Positions 1 through 8,788 of a stretch of DNA of 64,000 nucleotides are shown here, piece after piece. Each line of letters begins with the position of its first letter. Positions within the stretch are counted from its first letter, which is position 1. A program made the position numbers and the translations under genes. The notes under the pieces were generated by a model. That model was not told the DNA's origin, did not search any database, and saw only the letters and a program-made list of their open reading frames with translations. The stretch comes from Rhizobiaceae bacterium (GTDB lineage: Bacteria > Pseudomonadota > Alphaproteobacteria > Rhizobiales > Rhizobiaceae), in contig JAEPMJ010000004.1 in NCBI GenBank assembly GCA_017644005.1, forward strand, positions 238,885 to 302,884, in the 5' to 3' direction.

Positions 1-1028
1 TCGGTCAGCTGGCGATTTCGTGTGCGGACCTTGAAATCGCTCGACTTGAGCTTGAGCGTGACCGTGCGTCCGGCAAGCCCGGCCTTCTTGAGGCGTTCCG
101 AAACGCGCTCGGCGAGTCGTCGCAGAACCGGCACCAGATCTTCCGCGGCTGCCAGGTCGGTGTTGAATGTCGTCTCGGCCGACACGCTTTTGGTGTCCTG
201 ATCCGGGTTCACCTTGCGGTCGTCGAGGCCGCGCGAAAGGTGATAAAGGCGGTCGCCCATCGACCCGTAGCGCCGGATGAGATCGCCGCGGTCCATCTGC
301 TGCAGCTGGCCGATCTGGCGGATTCCGTCGCGCTCCAGCGTTGCCGCGAAGGCCTTGCCGACGCCCCAGATCATCGTCACCGGCTGTTTTGCCAGGAAAG
401 ACACCGCTTCCTCCCGGCCAATGACCGAGAAACCGCGCGGCTTCTCCAGGTCCGAGGCGATCTTTGCCAGGAACTTGCAATAGGACAGACCGATCGAGGC
501 GGTTATGCCGATCTCGTTTTCGATACGGGCGGCGAAGCGCCCGAGCGCGACGGCCGGCGGCACGCCATGCAGGCGTTCGGTGCCGGCCAGGTCCATGAAC
601 GCTTCGTCGATGGAAAGCGGTTCGATCTGCGGCGTCAGTGCGCGCATCAGTTCGCGGACCTCACTCCCCACGCGGCTGTATTTTTCCATGTCGGGCGGGA
701 TGACGACGGCCTCCGGGCATGCCTCCAACGCCTTGAACATCGGCATTGCGGAGCGGACGCCGCGTATGCGCGCGATGTAGCAGGCAGTCGATACAACTCC
801 GCGTTTACCGCCACCGATGATGACCGGTCTGTCGCGCAGTTCCGGATTGTCACGCTTTTCGACGGCGGCATAGAAGGCATCGCAGTCGACATGTGCAACG
901 TGCAGTGCATAGAGCTCGGCATGGCGTGCGAGGCGCGGACTTCCGCAGGCGCCGCACCTGCGCGCCGGTCCCTTCTGAAGCGAAGAGCAGTCGCGGCAGA
1001 AACCATGCAAGGGGTCGTTGACAAGCAT
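1..1028 (-). CDS. dinB: DNA polymerase IV (Y-family), 3' end cut by window edge
   Basis: Own minus-strand translation from ATG 1028: [73 protein letters not shown]...SIDEAFMDL...[16 protein letters not shown]. It is absent from the ORF track because there is no stop inside the window. Track ORF 240..1040+ is its antisense shadow. Confidence 0.9.
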   Translation of the reverse strand, partial: MLVNDPLHGFCRDCSSLQKGPARRCGACGSPRLARHAELYALHVAHVDCDAFYAAVEKRDNPELRDRPVIIGGGKRGVVSTACYIARIRGVRSAMPMFKALEACPEAVVIPPDMEKYSRVGSEVRELMRALTPQIEPLSIDEAFMDLAGTERLHGVPPAVALGRFAARIENEIGITASIGLSYCKFLAKIASDLEKPRGFSVIGREEAVSFLAKQPVTMIWGVGKAFAATLERDGIRQIGQLQQMDRGDLIRRYGSMGDRLYHLSRGLDDRKVNPDQDTKSVSAETTFNTDLAAAEDLVPVLRRLAERVSERLKKAGLAGRTVTLKLKSSDFKVRTRNRQLT

Positions 1029-1040
1029 CGCAGCTTCTGA

Positions 1041-1055
1041 GAACATAACAGGAAC
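1041..1055. promoter_or_regulatory. alpha-proteobacterial LexA (SOS) box GAACATAACAGGAAC, 13 bp upstream of the dinB start
   Basis: Direct repeat GAAC-N7-GAAC read from the sequence. It lies in the dinB/GNAT divergent spacer, and dinB is a classical SOS gene. Confidence 0.6.
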
Positions 1056-1132
1056 AATTCGGCAGTTTAATGTGTGGCGCAGGCAGCGGCAAGCGGCCTT
1101 GAGGTGGCGTTTTGCGCTTGGGGGAGGGCATT

Positions 1133-1705
1133 GTGACGACATTCAAGCCGCTGACGAACGATCTGTGGTCCGCCTTCGAAGACCTGTTCGGCAAGCAGGG
1201 TGCCTGCTATGGCTGCTGGTGCACACATTTCCGGTTACCGCCGGCTGCGCGGCGGGCCGCCGACCACAAAGGCAACAAGGCACATATCAGGGCGCGGATA
1301 GAGGTCGGGCCGCCGCCCGGCCTGCTGGCCTTCAATGGCGACCGTGCCATAGGGTGGATGCAGATAGGTCCCCGGTCCGACATTCCCGAATGGAACAACA
1401 AGGGGCGAGCCTCGGCGCCGATGACCGACGGTGCCGCCGACGACCCGTCGGTCTGGGCCATTTCCTGCTTTTTCGTTCGCTCTGCCGCGCGCGGAACCGG
1501 GCTGTCGCACGGACTGGTTGAAGCGGGTATCGAGCATGCGCGGGCCAATGGCGCGAAGCTGCTGGAAGCTTGCCCGATGACGGAAGCCAAGACATCCCGT
1601 TCCATCAGCCTCTTTGTCGGATCCCGGCGGGTATTCGAAAAGGCCGGTTTCGTGATCATGACGGAGCGCAAGTCGGGCCGCCCGCTGATGCGGCTGGAGC
1701 TTTAA
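1133..1705 (+). CDS. GNAT-family N-acetyltransferase
   Basis: Track ORF 1112..1705. It has a GNAT-like acetyl-CoA segment, [35 protein letters not shown] moved the start to GTG 1133, which follows GGGGAGGG (1121-1128). The start is uncertain. Confidence 0.7.
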   Translation: MTTFKPLTNDLWSAFEDLFGKQGACYGCWCTHFRLPPAARRAADHKGNKAHIRARIEVGPPPGLLAFNGDRAIGWMQIGPRSDIPEWNNKGRASAPMTDGAADDPSVWAISCFFVRSAARGTGLSHGLVEAGIEHARANGAKLLEACPMTEAKTSRSISLFVGSRRVFEKAGFVIMTERKSGRPLMRLEL

Positions 1706-1708
1706 CGC

Positions 1709-2362
1709 TCAGATACCGAGGACATGTGCGATGCGTGGCGCGGCATCCGGCCAGTCATCGACCGCATGAATACCGTCGCCGAGCGGAGGCATGAGCTCCC
1801 GCAACGTGTTGTCGGACATGAGATGGAACAGATGCGCATCGGCGACATGTTCGCGCACGGAAACCAGGTTGGGCGGCAAGTCGTCGACAAATGCTACTGG
1901 ACGTTCGGACGGGCCACGCAACGCATGGATTGCCGGACCCTTGGGGGCCTCGGTGGTGAGCAATGGGTACTTTATGCCCAGGGAATCGAGGAGGCGGCGA
2001 CGGGTGGCACGGTGGCGGTGCGGCATGGCCGTCAGCAGGACGATCTCGGCGGCGCTGCCGAACGAGGCAAGCGCGTCAGCAGCGCCCTGGGTCAGCGTCT
2101 GCCAGGTCTCCTGGTCGGCGAAAAAGCCGTCGAGCAGGTGGGACACGGTTTCACGGTTTGCAGGCTCGCCGGAGACTGTGTCGTAGACATTGCCATGTAG
2201 CCGGAAGCTCTCCAGCCGCAGTTCATGGCCTTTTGATTTCAGGTAGGCGGGGAAGGGGCGGATGAACTCGACCAGGACGTCGTCAACGTCCAGAACCAGA
2301 AGCGGCCGGTCGTCGCGCGAAAGCTCCTCGATCTGGCGCGCCGTTTCGGGGTCGATACTCAT
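1709..2362 (-). CDS. HAD-superfamily hydrolase
   Basis: 217 aa. HAD motif I is LLVLDVDDVLV (DxD), and there is a distal acidic motif VAFVDD. Confidence 0.7.
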   Translation of the reverse strand: MSIDPETARQIEELSRDDRPLLVLDVDDVLVEFIRPFPAYLKSKGHELRLESFRLHGNVYDTVSGEPANRETVSHLLDGFFADQETWQTLTQGAADALASFGSAAEIVLLTAMPHRHRATRRRLLDSLGIKYPLLTTEAPKGPAIHALRGPSERPVAFVDDLPPNLVSVREHVADAHLFHLMSDNTLRELMPPLGDGIHAVDDWPDAAPRIAHVLGI

Positions 2363-2727
2363 ACCGACCGGTCGAAATTGTCAGCGCCGAAGGGGAGTGA
2401 TCCAATTGCCCTTGTCACCGACGCCGGATCGCGTCCTGAAGCTTCGGCGAATTGCAGCAGGGTCGGCTCATGCGCGGCGATGAACTGGAGTACACCGGCG
2501 AGAAATCCCGGCGTAGCGGCGGCGCGTCTGATTTCGGATGCTTCGATGCCGCTGATTGCGAGGAAACGCGGCAGCAGCTTTTGATCTGCGGCGATGAAGG
2601 CAAGCGCCTCAACCGCGATCGCCTCGGCCGCCGCGCGTGCGGTTTCGGAATTCTGCCGTTCGTTTCCCAAGTTTGGCCTTTTCTCCCGGTTCGTACCGGC
2701 GATAGCGCGCCTGAACCCGTGCTGCAA
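2359..2727 (-). CDS. DUF3572-like conserved hypothetical protein
   Basis: 122 aa helical protein. It overlaps the downstream HAD gene by 4 bp. Family assignment is from memory only. Confidence 0.55.
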   Translation of the reverse strand: MQHGFRRAIAGTNREKRPNLGNERQNSETARAAAEAIAVEALAFIAADQKLLPRFLAISGIEASEIRRAAATPGFLAGVLQFIAAHEPTLLQFAEASGRDPASVTRAIGSLPFGADNFDRSV

Positions 2728-2865
2728 GGCCGGCCGCGCTCCGGTTTTCCAGGCCGGCAGGAAATCGGTCTCGGGGTTTGCCTTTCGTCAATCAATGCGG
2801 CGTATAGTTCTGCCTGGATTCGCGTGAAGTTGTGTGGCGGGTTCAACAAAGCGGGCGGAGCGGCC

Positions 2866-3237
2866 ATGGCCAAGAAAGTGATGATCGTCGAGGACAATGA
2901 GCTCAACATGAAGCTCTTCCGCGACCTCATCGAGGCAAGCGGATACGAGACCGTGCGCACACGCAACGGCCTGGAGGCGCTGGATCTCGCGCGGCTGCAC
3001 AAGCCCGATCTCATTCTAATGGATATTCAGCTTCCCGAGGTGTCCGGCCTGGAAGTCACCAAATGGCTGAAAGAAGACGACGACCTGCATACGATCCCGG
3101 TGATCGCGGTGACCGCGTTCGCCATGAAGGGCGACGAAGAACGGATCAGGCAAGGCGGCTGCGAAGCGTATATCTCCAAGCCGATTTCCGTGCCCCGGTT
3201 CATAGAGACGATCAAATCTTACCTGGGTGATGCCTGA
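2866..3237 (+). CDS. divK: single-domain response regulator DivK
   Basis: [23 protein letters not shown]...[13 protein letters not shown]...ISKP, a 123-aa REC-only protein directly upstream of pleD. ATG 2866 lies inside the longer track ORF 2452..3237. Confidence 0.9.
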   Translation: MAKKVMIVEDNELNMKLFRDLIEASGYETVRTRNGLEALDLARLHKPDLILMDIQLPEVSGLEVTKWLKEDDDLHTIPVIAVTAFAMKGDEERIRQGGCEAYISKPISVPRFIETIKSYLGDA

Positions 3238-4610
3238 TGACCGCTCGCATTCTGGTCGTCGATGACGTCAAGGCCAACGTGACGCTGCTCGAAACGCGGC
3301 TTCTGGCCGAGTATTTCGAAGTGCTGAAAGCCTATAGCGGCGCCGAGGCGCTTGAAACCTGCGAGAACGGCAAGGTCGACGTTGTATTGCTAGATGTCAT
3401 GATGCCGGAGATGGACGGTTTCGAGACCTGCCGGCGGTTGAAGGACGATCCGGCGACAGCGCATATCCCCATCGTCATGGTGACGGCACTCGACCAGACT
3501 TCCGACAGGGTTCGTGGCCTCGAGGCCGGCGCCGATGACTTTTTGACCAAGCCGGTCAACGATCTGCAGCTGATCACGCGGGTGAAAAGTCTGGTGCGGC
3601 TCAAATCGCTGACCGACGAACTGCGCCTGCGCGCATCGACCACCCGCAATATCGGCATCGAGGAACTTCTGAGCCGTGGGTCGACCGCCGGGTCGGGAAT
3701 GCCGAAGGTTCTGCTGGTCGAAGAACGACAGAACCACGCAGACAGGGTGGCGCGTTACCTGCGCGGCAAAGCCGATCTGAAGATCATCGCCGACCCGCAG
3801 GTCGGCCTGCTCGAGGCAGCGGAAAACGGCTATGACTGCGTCATCATCTCCACGGCGTTGGAAAATTTCGACCCGCTGCGTCTGTGCTCACAGCTTCGCT
3901 CCATCGACCGCACCCGCTTCTTGCCGATCATTCTGATCGCCAACGAAGAGGAGGAAGAGCTGGTGATGCGCGGGCTTGAACTCGGCATCAACGACTATCT
4001 CATGCGGCCATTGGATGAGCAGGAGCTGACCGCGCGCCTGACCACGCAGGTGAAACGCAAGCGGTATAACGATCAACTGCGTGCAAGCGTGGCGCAGACG
4101 ATCGAAATGGCCGTCACCGACGGATTGACCGGCCTGCACAACAGGCGGTATCTCGACAGCCATCTGGAGACGCTTTTCGAGCGCGCCGAGGCGAGGCGCC
4201 GCCCGCTGTCCCTGATGATCACGGATATCGACCGGTTCAAAGCCATCAATGATGAGCATGGCCACGACGGCGGTGACGATGTGCTGCGCGAATTCGCCGC
4301 CCGGCTAAGGCAAAATGTCCGCGGCATCGACCTCGCCTGCCGCTTCGGCGGAGAAGAGTTCATCATCGTGATGCCGGACACCGAATTTACGATAGCGCAG
4401 AAAGTCGCCGAGCGCGTAAGAGCGCAAATCGCGGCAACGCCGTTTGCCATCGGCAATAGCGGTGATCAAATCGACGTTACGGTGAGTGTCGGCGTTTCGT
4501 CACTGCAACCGCCGCATGATAGTGCACAGGCATTGCTGAAACGCGCCGACCTGGCTCTTTACGAAGCCAAGAACAGCGGCCGAAACAAGGTTGTAGCCAA
4601 GGCCGCCTGA
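3237..4610 (+). CDS. pleD: response regulator diguanylate cyclase PleD
   Basis: 457 aa with REC + REC-like + GGDEF domains. The active site is GGEEF, and an RxxD I-site (RGID) lies five residues upstream. It overlaps the divK stop by 1 nt. Confidence 0.92.
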   Translation: MTARILVVDDVKANVTLLETRLLAEYFEVLKAYSGAEALETCENGKVDVVLLDVMMPEMDGFETCRRLKDDPATAHIPIVMVTALDQTSDRVRGLEAGADDFLTKPVNDLQLITRVKSLVRLKSLTDELRLRASTTRNIGIEELLSRGSTAGSGMPKVLLVEERQNHADRVARYLRGKADLKIIADPQVGLLEAAENGYDCVIISTALENFDPLRLCSQLRSIDRTRFLPIILIANEEEEELVMRGLELGINDYLMRPLDEQELTARLTTQVKRKRYNDQLRASVAQTIEMAVTDGLTGLHNRRYLDSHLETLFERAEARRRPLSLMITDIDRFKAINDEHGHDGGDDVLREFAARLRQNVRGIDLACRFGGEEFIIVMPDTEFTIAQKVAERVRAQIAATPFAIGNSGDQIDVTVSVGVSSLQPPHDSAQALLKRADLALYEAKNSGRNKVVAKAA

Positions 4611-4944
4611 TCTGCAGGTCGCTCGCGACAGAGACTGCGGCATGGTCTGCCGGCCGGGCATATTTACCTTAATCTCAGTGCCCTAGGCCGGTTAGTTAAG
4701 AAACTGTTGATTTTCGGACTTGCTTGCGCGACTGTCACTTCGGGACAGGACGGGTGCCGCTGGGGCCAGCAATGGTGCCGTCTGTCAAATACCCCATGAT
4801 GCTCAGGTCCGCCGCATCTCCTGGGTCCGTGGGGTCGGCCGGTCGGCGCTGGCATATAGTGGCCTCCTCGTACCGCTGTCAGATGCCGGCCGGCCCCCAA
4901 TTTTCCAGATCGACTGCAGGCATGTACCGCTTGATTGCGGCACA

Positions 4945-4971
4945 ACAAAAAACGCCGCCCTGAGGCGGCGT
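4945..4971 (-). terminator. Rho-independent terminator of rpmG
   Basis: Hairpin ACGCCGCC-CTGA-GGCGGCGT, followed on the minus strand by TTTTTTGTTG. Confidence 0.75.
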
Positions 4972-4996
4972 CCGAGCATGTGCCGTCTCATGGAGC

Positions 4997-5164
4997 CTAC
5001 TTGATCTTGGCTTCCTTGAATTCGACGTGCTTCTTCGCGACCGGGTCGTATTTACGCTTGGTCAGCTTGTCCGTCATGGTGCGGGTGTTTTTCTTCGCGG
5101 TGTAGAAATAACCCGTGTCAGCTGTCGAAAGCAGCTTGATCTTGATGGTCGTAGCCTTGGCCAT
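4997..5164 (-). CDS. rpmG: 50S ribosomal protein L33
   Basis: 55 aa: [55 protein letters not shown]. The true ATG is at 5164, within track ORF 4997..5407. Confidence 0.95.
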   Translation of the reverse strand: MAKATTIKIKLLSTADTGYFYTAKKNTRTMTDKLTKRKYDPVAKKHVEFKEAKIK

Positions 5165-5241
5165 AGTCGTGGTTCCGTGGATGTCTGGTGTGAGTGCCGC
5201 GACTTCGGGACAAACGGCCCGGCTGCGGGAAACTGGCGCGA

Positions 5242-5270
5242 GACATAATGGCTGTGCGGCGAAAGTCAAG
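5242..5270 (-). promoter_or_regulatory. candidate sigma70 promoter of rpmG
   Basis: The minus strand reads CTTGAC-N17-TATGTC. This resembles the alphaproteobacterial CTTGAC-N17-CTATAT consensus. Confidence 0.35.
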
Positions 5271-5300
5271 CTCGGCGAGCGCGCGGAATGCCGCCGCAGT

Positions 5301-6068
5301 CTAAAGCAGCTCGCGCTGGAAGCGGCGGTGCCGCATACGGTAGAACGGGATGGAGCCTCCCGGACGGAGTTCCGGGTCGTTCGCCAACCGCGTCTCAAGG
5401 TCGGCAAGGACGGTCTTGGTGATCAGCGGAACCTCGAGTTCCCTGGCTTCGCCGAGGTTGAACCATGCGAGCTCTTCCAGCTCCTCGGTCGGACCGCCGT
5501 CCGGCAGCTCAACCGCTACATCATCCTTCCATGCCGTCAGAAAACGCGTATCGAAGCGGCGTACCCGGCCTGGAGGCGTGATGGCACGCGCCAGATATCG
5601 CAGCCGGTCGAGCGATGGCACGACATTGTGTTGGGCAAAACCCACCCAGCCCGGATTGCGGGTTTGGAAACTACCGGGATTACCGATCAGCAGCCCAGCT
5701 TCTTCGTAGGTTTCGCGAATTGCAGACAGCGCGATGGCCCGGGCACGTGCGTCGCTGGCGCGCGAACCGGTGCCGCGCAGCTTCCGCATTTCATCCGGAT
5801 GCAGGTCAGCGGCGACCGCGATGCGTGCGTCAGCGGGGTCGGTCCGGCCGCCCGGAAAAACAAAGCGGCCCGGCATGAAGGCATGATGGCGGCTGCGCCG
5901 ACCGAGCAGCACACGGACATTGGCGCCCTCGCGATCGAGCAGGATCAGTGTTGCGGCATCGCGCGGACGCTTGGGGCCGGCGCCTAATGCGAAGTCCTTG
6001 CTCTCGGCGCGATCGAGCGCTTCGCGCGACATGCCTGCCATTGCATTGTTGCGCCGGTCCGTCGCCAT
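5301..6068 (-). CDS. NUDIX hydrolase
   Basis: 255 aa. Nudix box elements are FPGGRTDP...[12 protein letters not shown] (REx2EExGU). Confidence 0.85.
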   Translation of the reverse strand: MATDRRNNAMAGMSREALDRAESKDFALGAGPKRPRDAATLILLDREGANVRVLLGRRSRHHAFMPGRFVFPGGRTDPADARIAVAADLHPDEMRKLRGTGSRASDARARAIALSAIRETYEEAGLLIGNPGSFQTRNPGWVGFAQHNVVPSLDRLRYLARAITPPGRVRRFDTRFLTAWKDDVAVELPDGGPTEELEELAWFNLGEARELEVPLITKTVLADLETRLANDPELRPGGSIPFYRMRHRRFQRELL

Positions 6069-6071
6069 TGC

Positions 6072-6494
6072 TCAGGGCTTTTCAGGCTGATCCGCGGCGC
6101 CGCCGAAACCGTGCATCCGAAGCGCCCATTGCAGGCCGACGACCGCGCCCTTGATGGGCTGGATGAGCGCGATGGCGGACAGCACCGTGATGGGGGTCCA
6201 GATCGCCAGATGCTGCCAGGTCGACAGCGCGAACATGGCCTCAAAGCCCATATAGGCGCCGACAACGATGTGCCCGACGATAAAGACGACCAGATAGGCC
6301 GGGAAGTCGTCGGCGCGCTGATGATGCAGTTCCTCGTTGCACACCGGACAATTCTCCTGCGTCTTCAGGAACGTCCGGAACAACCGGCCTTCGCCGCAAT
6401 TGGGGCAGCGGCAGCGTGTTCCGTTCCAGACCGCGGGCCAAACGGCGCGCGCCGGGTTCTGACGGTACTGCGTGGTCAGTTCTTCAGCCATCAT
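6072..6494 (-). CDS. DUF983-type zinc-ribbon membrane protein
   Basis: 140 aa. CPNCGEGRLF...CPVCNEEL is a Cys4 ribbon, followed by two hydrophobic helices. Confidence 0.7.
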   Translation of the reverse strand: MMAEELTTQYRQNPARAVWPAVWNGTRCRCPNCGEGRLFRTFLKTQENCPVCNEELHHQRADDFPAYLVVFIVGHIVVGAYMGFEAMFALSTWQHLAIWTPITVLSAIALIQPIKGAVVGLQWALRMHGFGGAADQPEKP

Positions 6495-8785
6495 TTTCTC
6501 CTGCCGCGGCCGCCGCTTGCGCGTCCGCTTCGACCGCCGGCGCGCCGCTTCGATTTGTGAAACGAGCGCGTTCCCTGTGGCATGGGGCCGGGCTCGGTCA
6601 GCATTTCGAAGAGCATCGATCCGGCGAGCGGTGTGACTTCCTTCAATCTCACATCGACGCGATCCGCCAGACGGTAGCCCTTTCCCGAGCGTTGGCCGAC
6701 AAGCGCATGCGCCGCTTCCTCGTAGACATAGTAGTCATCGCCCAAAGTTGACACGGGAATAAAACCATCTGCGCCAAAATGCGGCAGCTGGACGAAGAGG
6801 CCGGATTTGGTGACGCCGGAGATGCGGGCGGCGAAATCGGCGCCGATACGGTCGGCGAGATGGCGGGCAACGAGGCGGTCCACAGTTTCGCGCTCGGCCG
6901 CCATTGCCCGGCGCTCGGCAGTGGAGATGAGGGCTGCCGTCTCCTCAAGGCGAGCTTCATCGTCTTTCGTCAGACCCTCGGGGCCGAATCCCAGCGCACC
7001 TATCAGGGCGCGGTGGACCAGAAGGTCGGCGTAACGGCGGATGGGTGAGGTGAAATGTGCGTAGCGTCTCAAATTGAGGCCGAAATGGCCGAGATTATCA
7101 GGCGTGTAGACGGCCTGGCTCTGCGAGCGCAGCACCACTTCGTTGACGAGCTCTTCGTGGTCGGTGCCGCGTACCTGTGAGAGGATATTGTTGAACTGTG
7201 CGGGCTTCATCTGCGCGCCGCGCGCCAGCGAGATACCGACCGTGCGCAGGAAGTCGCGCAGCGCCTCCTGCTTGGCGAGCGATGGCGCGTCGTGCACGCG
7301 GTAGACCAGCGCCTTGCGCCTGGCCTCCAGCGTCTCTGCCGCCGCGACGTTGGCCTGGATCATGAACTCCTCGATCAGCTTGTGCGCATCGAGGCGTTCG
7401 GGAACGATCACCTTGTCGACCGTGCCGTCATCCTTCAGGAGGATCTTGCGTTCGGGCAGGTCGAGTTCAAGCGGCTGGCGCTTGCCGCGGCCCTTCTTCA
7501 GTGCCGCATAGGCATCCCAAAGCGGCTTCAGAACCGGTTCCAGCAGCGGGCCGGTCCTGTCGTTCGGCGCGCCGTCTATGGCCGCCTGCGCCTCAGTATA
7601 GGCAAGCCGCGCGGCCGAACGCATCATGATGCGATGGAAGCTGTGGCGTAGTTTCTTGCCTCCGGCGTCGAACACCATGCGGACGGCGAGAGCCGGGCGG
7701 TCTTCCTTCTCGCGCAGCGAACACAGATCGTTCGAGATGCGCTCCGGCAGCATCGGCACCACGCGGTCGGGGAAGTAGACCGAATTCCCGCGTTTCAATG
7801 CCTCGCGATCCATTGCCGAGCCGCTGGTGACGTAAGTAGCGACGTCGGCGATGGCCACATCGACGATGAAGCCGCCGGCGTTTTTCCCGTCCGTGTCTGG
7901 CGTGGCGTAGACCGCGTCGTCATGATCCTTGGCGTCGGCTGGATCGATGGTGATAAGCGGGACTTTGCGCCAGTCTTCCCGACCGGACATTTTTGCCGGT
8001 TTTGCGGCTTCAGCTTCCCTGATTACTGCGTCCGGGAAGACGTTTGGGATGCCGTGGGCGTGAATGGCGATCATGGAAATCGCTTTCTCACTCGCCATTG
8101 AGCCGATCACGGCGCTGACGCGGCCGCGCGGCGGGCCATAACGGCGGCTCGACCTCTCCGGCTCGGCCTCCACCAGATCCCCGGCCTTGGCGTCATTAAG
8201 CGCGTCCGCCGCGATAACAAGTTCGGGTTCGCCGCGCGTCACTGGTTCGAGACGGTATTCGTCACCAGCCTTGCGGATGACGCCGAGAACGGTGTCGCGC
8301 GTGCGGTCGATCTTCTTCAGAACCTGCGCCGTGTAGGCTGGTCCCTTGCTGCCGCCCTTCGCCGGGAAGACGCGCGCAAGCACGCGGTTGCCGACGCCGG
8401 GTGCAGGTTTGCCGCGTCTGTTGCGCACCTGTACCAGCGGCGGCGCACCGCCATCGTCCGGCCATTCGGACGGGCGGGCAAGCAGCAAGCCGTCACGGTC
8501 GCGCGAGAAGATATCCAGTTCGACGACATGCGGAAGGCCGCCTGGCTGTACGACGCGTTTGCCGCGTTTTTCGATCTGGCCGCTGTCGGCCATTTCAGCA
8601 AGCAAGTCCTTAAGCCAGGCGCGATCCGCTCCCTTGAGCCCGAATGCGCGGGCAATTTCGCGCTTGCCGGACTGGTCCGGGTTTGCGGCCAGGAAATCGA
8701 GAATGTCCTGCGGCGAGGGACGATGGCTGCCGGAAGCATCCACGCTGCGCCCGGTCTTGCTCCCCTGGGTGGTGCGCCGGGCCAA
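6491..8785 (-). CDS. rnr: ribonuclease R
   Basis: 764 aa. RNB catalytic region ITIDPADAKDHDDAVY, a C-terminal S1-like domain and a basic tail. It overlaps the downstream gene by 4 bp. Confidence 0.92.
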   Translation of the reverse strand: MARRTTQGSKTGRSVDASGSHRPSPQDILDFLAANPDQSGKREIARAFGLKGADRAWLKDLLAEMADSGQIEKRGKRVVQPGGLPHVVELDIFSRDRDGLLLARPSEWPDDGGAPPLVQVRNRRGKPAPGVGNRVLARVFPAKGGSKGPAYTAQVLKKIDRTRDTVLGVIRKAGDEYRLEPVTRGEPELVIAADALNDAKAGDLVEAEPERSSRRYGPPRGRVSAVIGSMASEKAISMIAIHAHGIPNVFPDAVIREAEAAKPAKMSGREDWRKVPLITIDPADAKDHDDAVYATPDTDGKNAGGFIVDVAIADVATYVTSGSAMDREALKRGNSVYFPDRVVPMLPERISNDLCSLREKEDRPALAVRMVFDAGGKKLRHSFHRIMMRSAARLAYTEAQAAIDGAPNDRTGPLLEPVLKPLWDAYAALKKGRGKRQPLELDLPERKILLKDDGTVDKVIVPERLDAHKLIEEFMIQANVAAAETLEARRKALVYRVHDAPSLAKQEALRDFLRTVGISLARGAQMKPAQFNNILSQVRGTDHEELVNEVVLRSQSQAVYTPDNLGHFGLNLRRYAHFTSPIRRYADLLVHRALIGALGFGPEGLTKDDEARLEETAALISTAERRAMAAERETVDRLVARHLADRIGADFAARISGVTKSGLFVQLPHFGADGFIPVSTLGDDYYVYEEAAHALVGQRSGKGYRLADRVDVRLKEVTPLAGSMLFEMLTEPGPMPQGTRSFHKSKRRAGGRSGRASGGRGRRK

Positions 8786-8788
8786 CGG

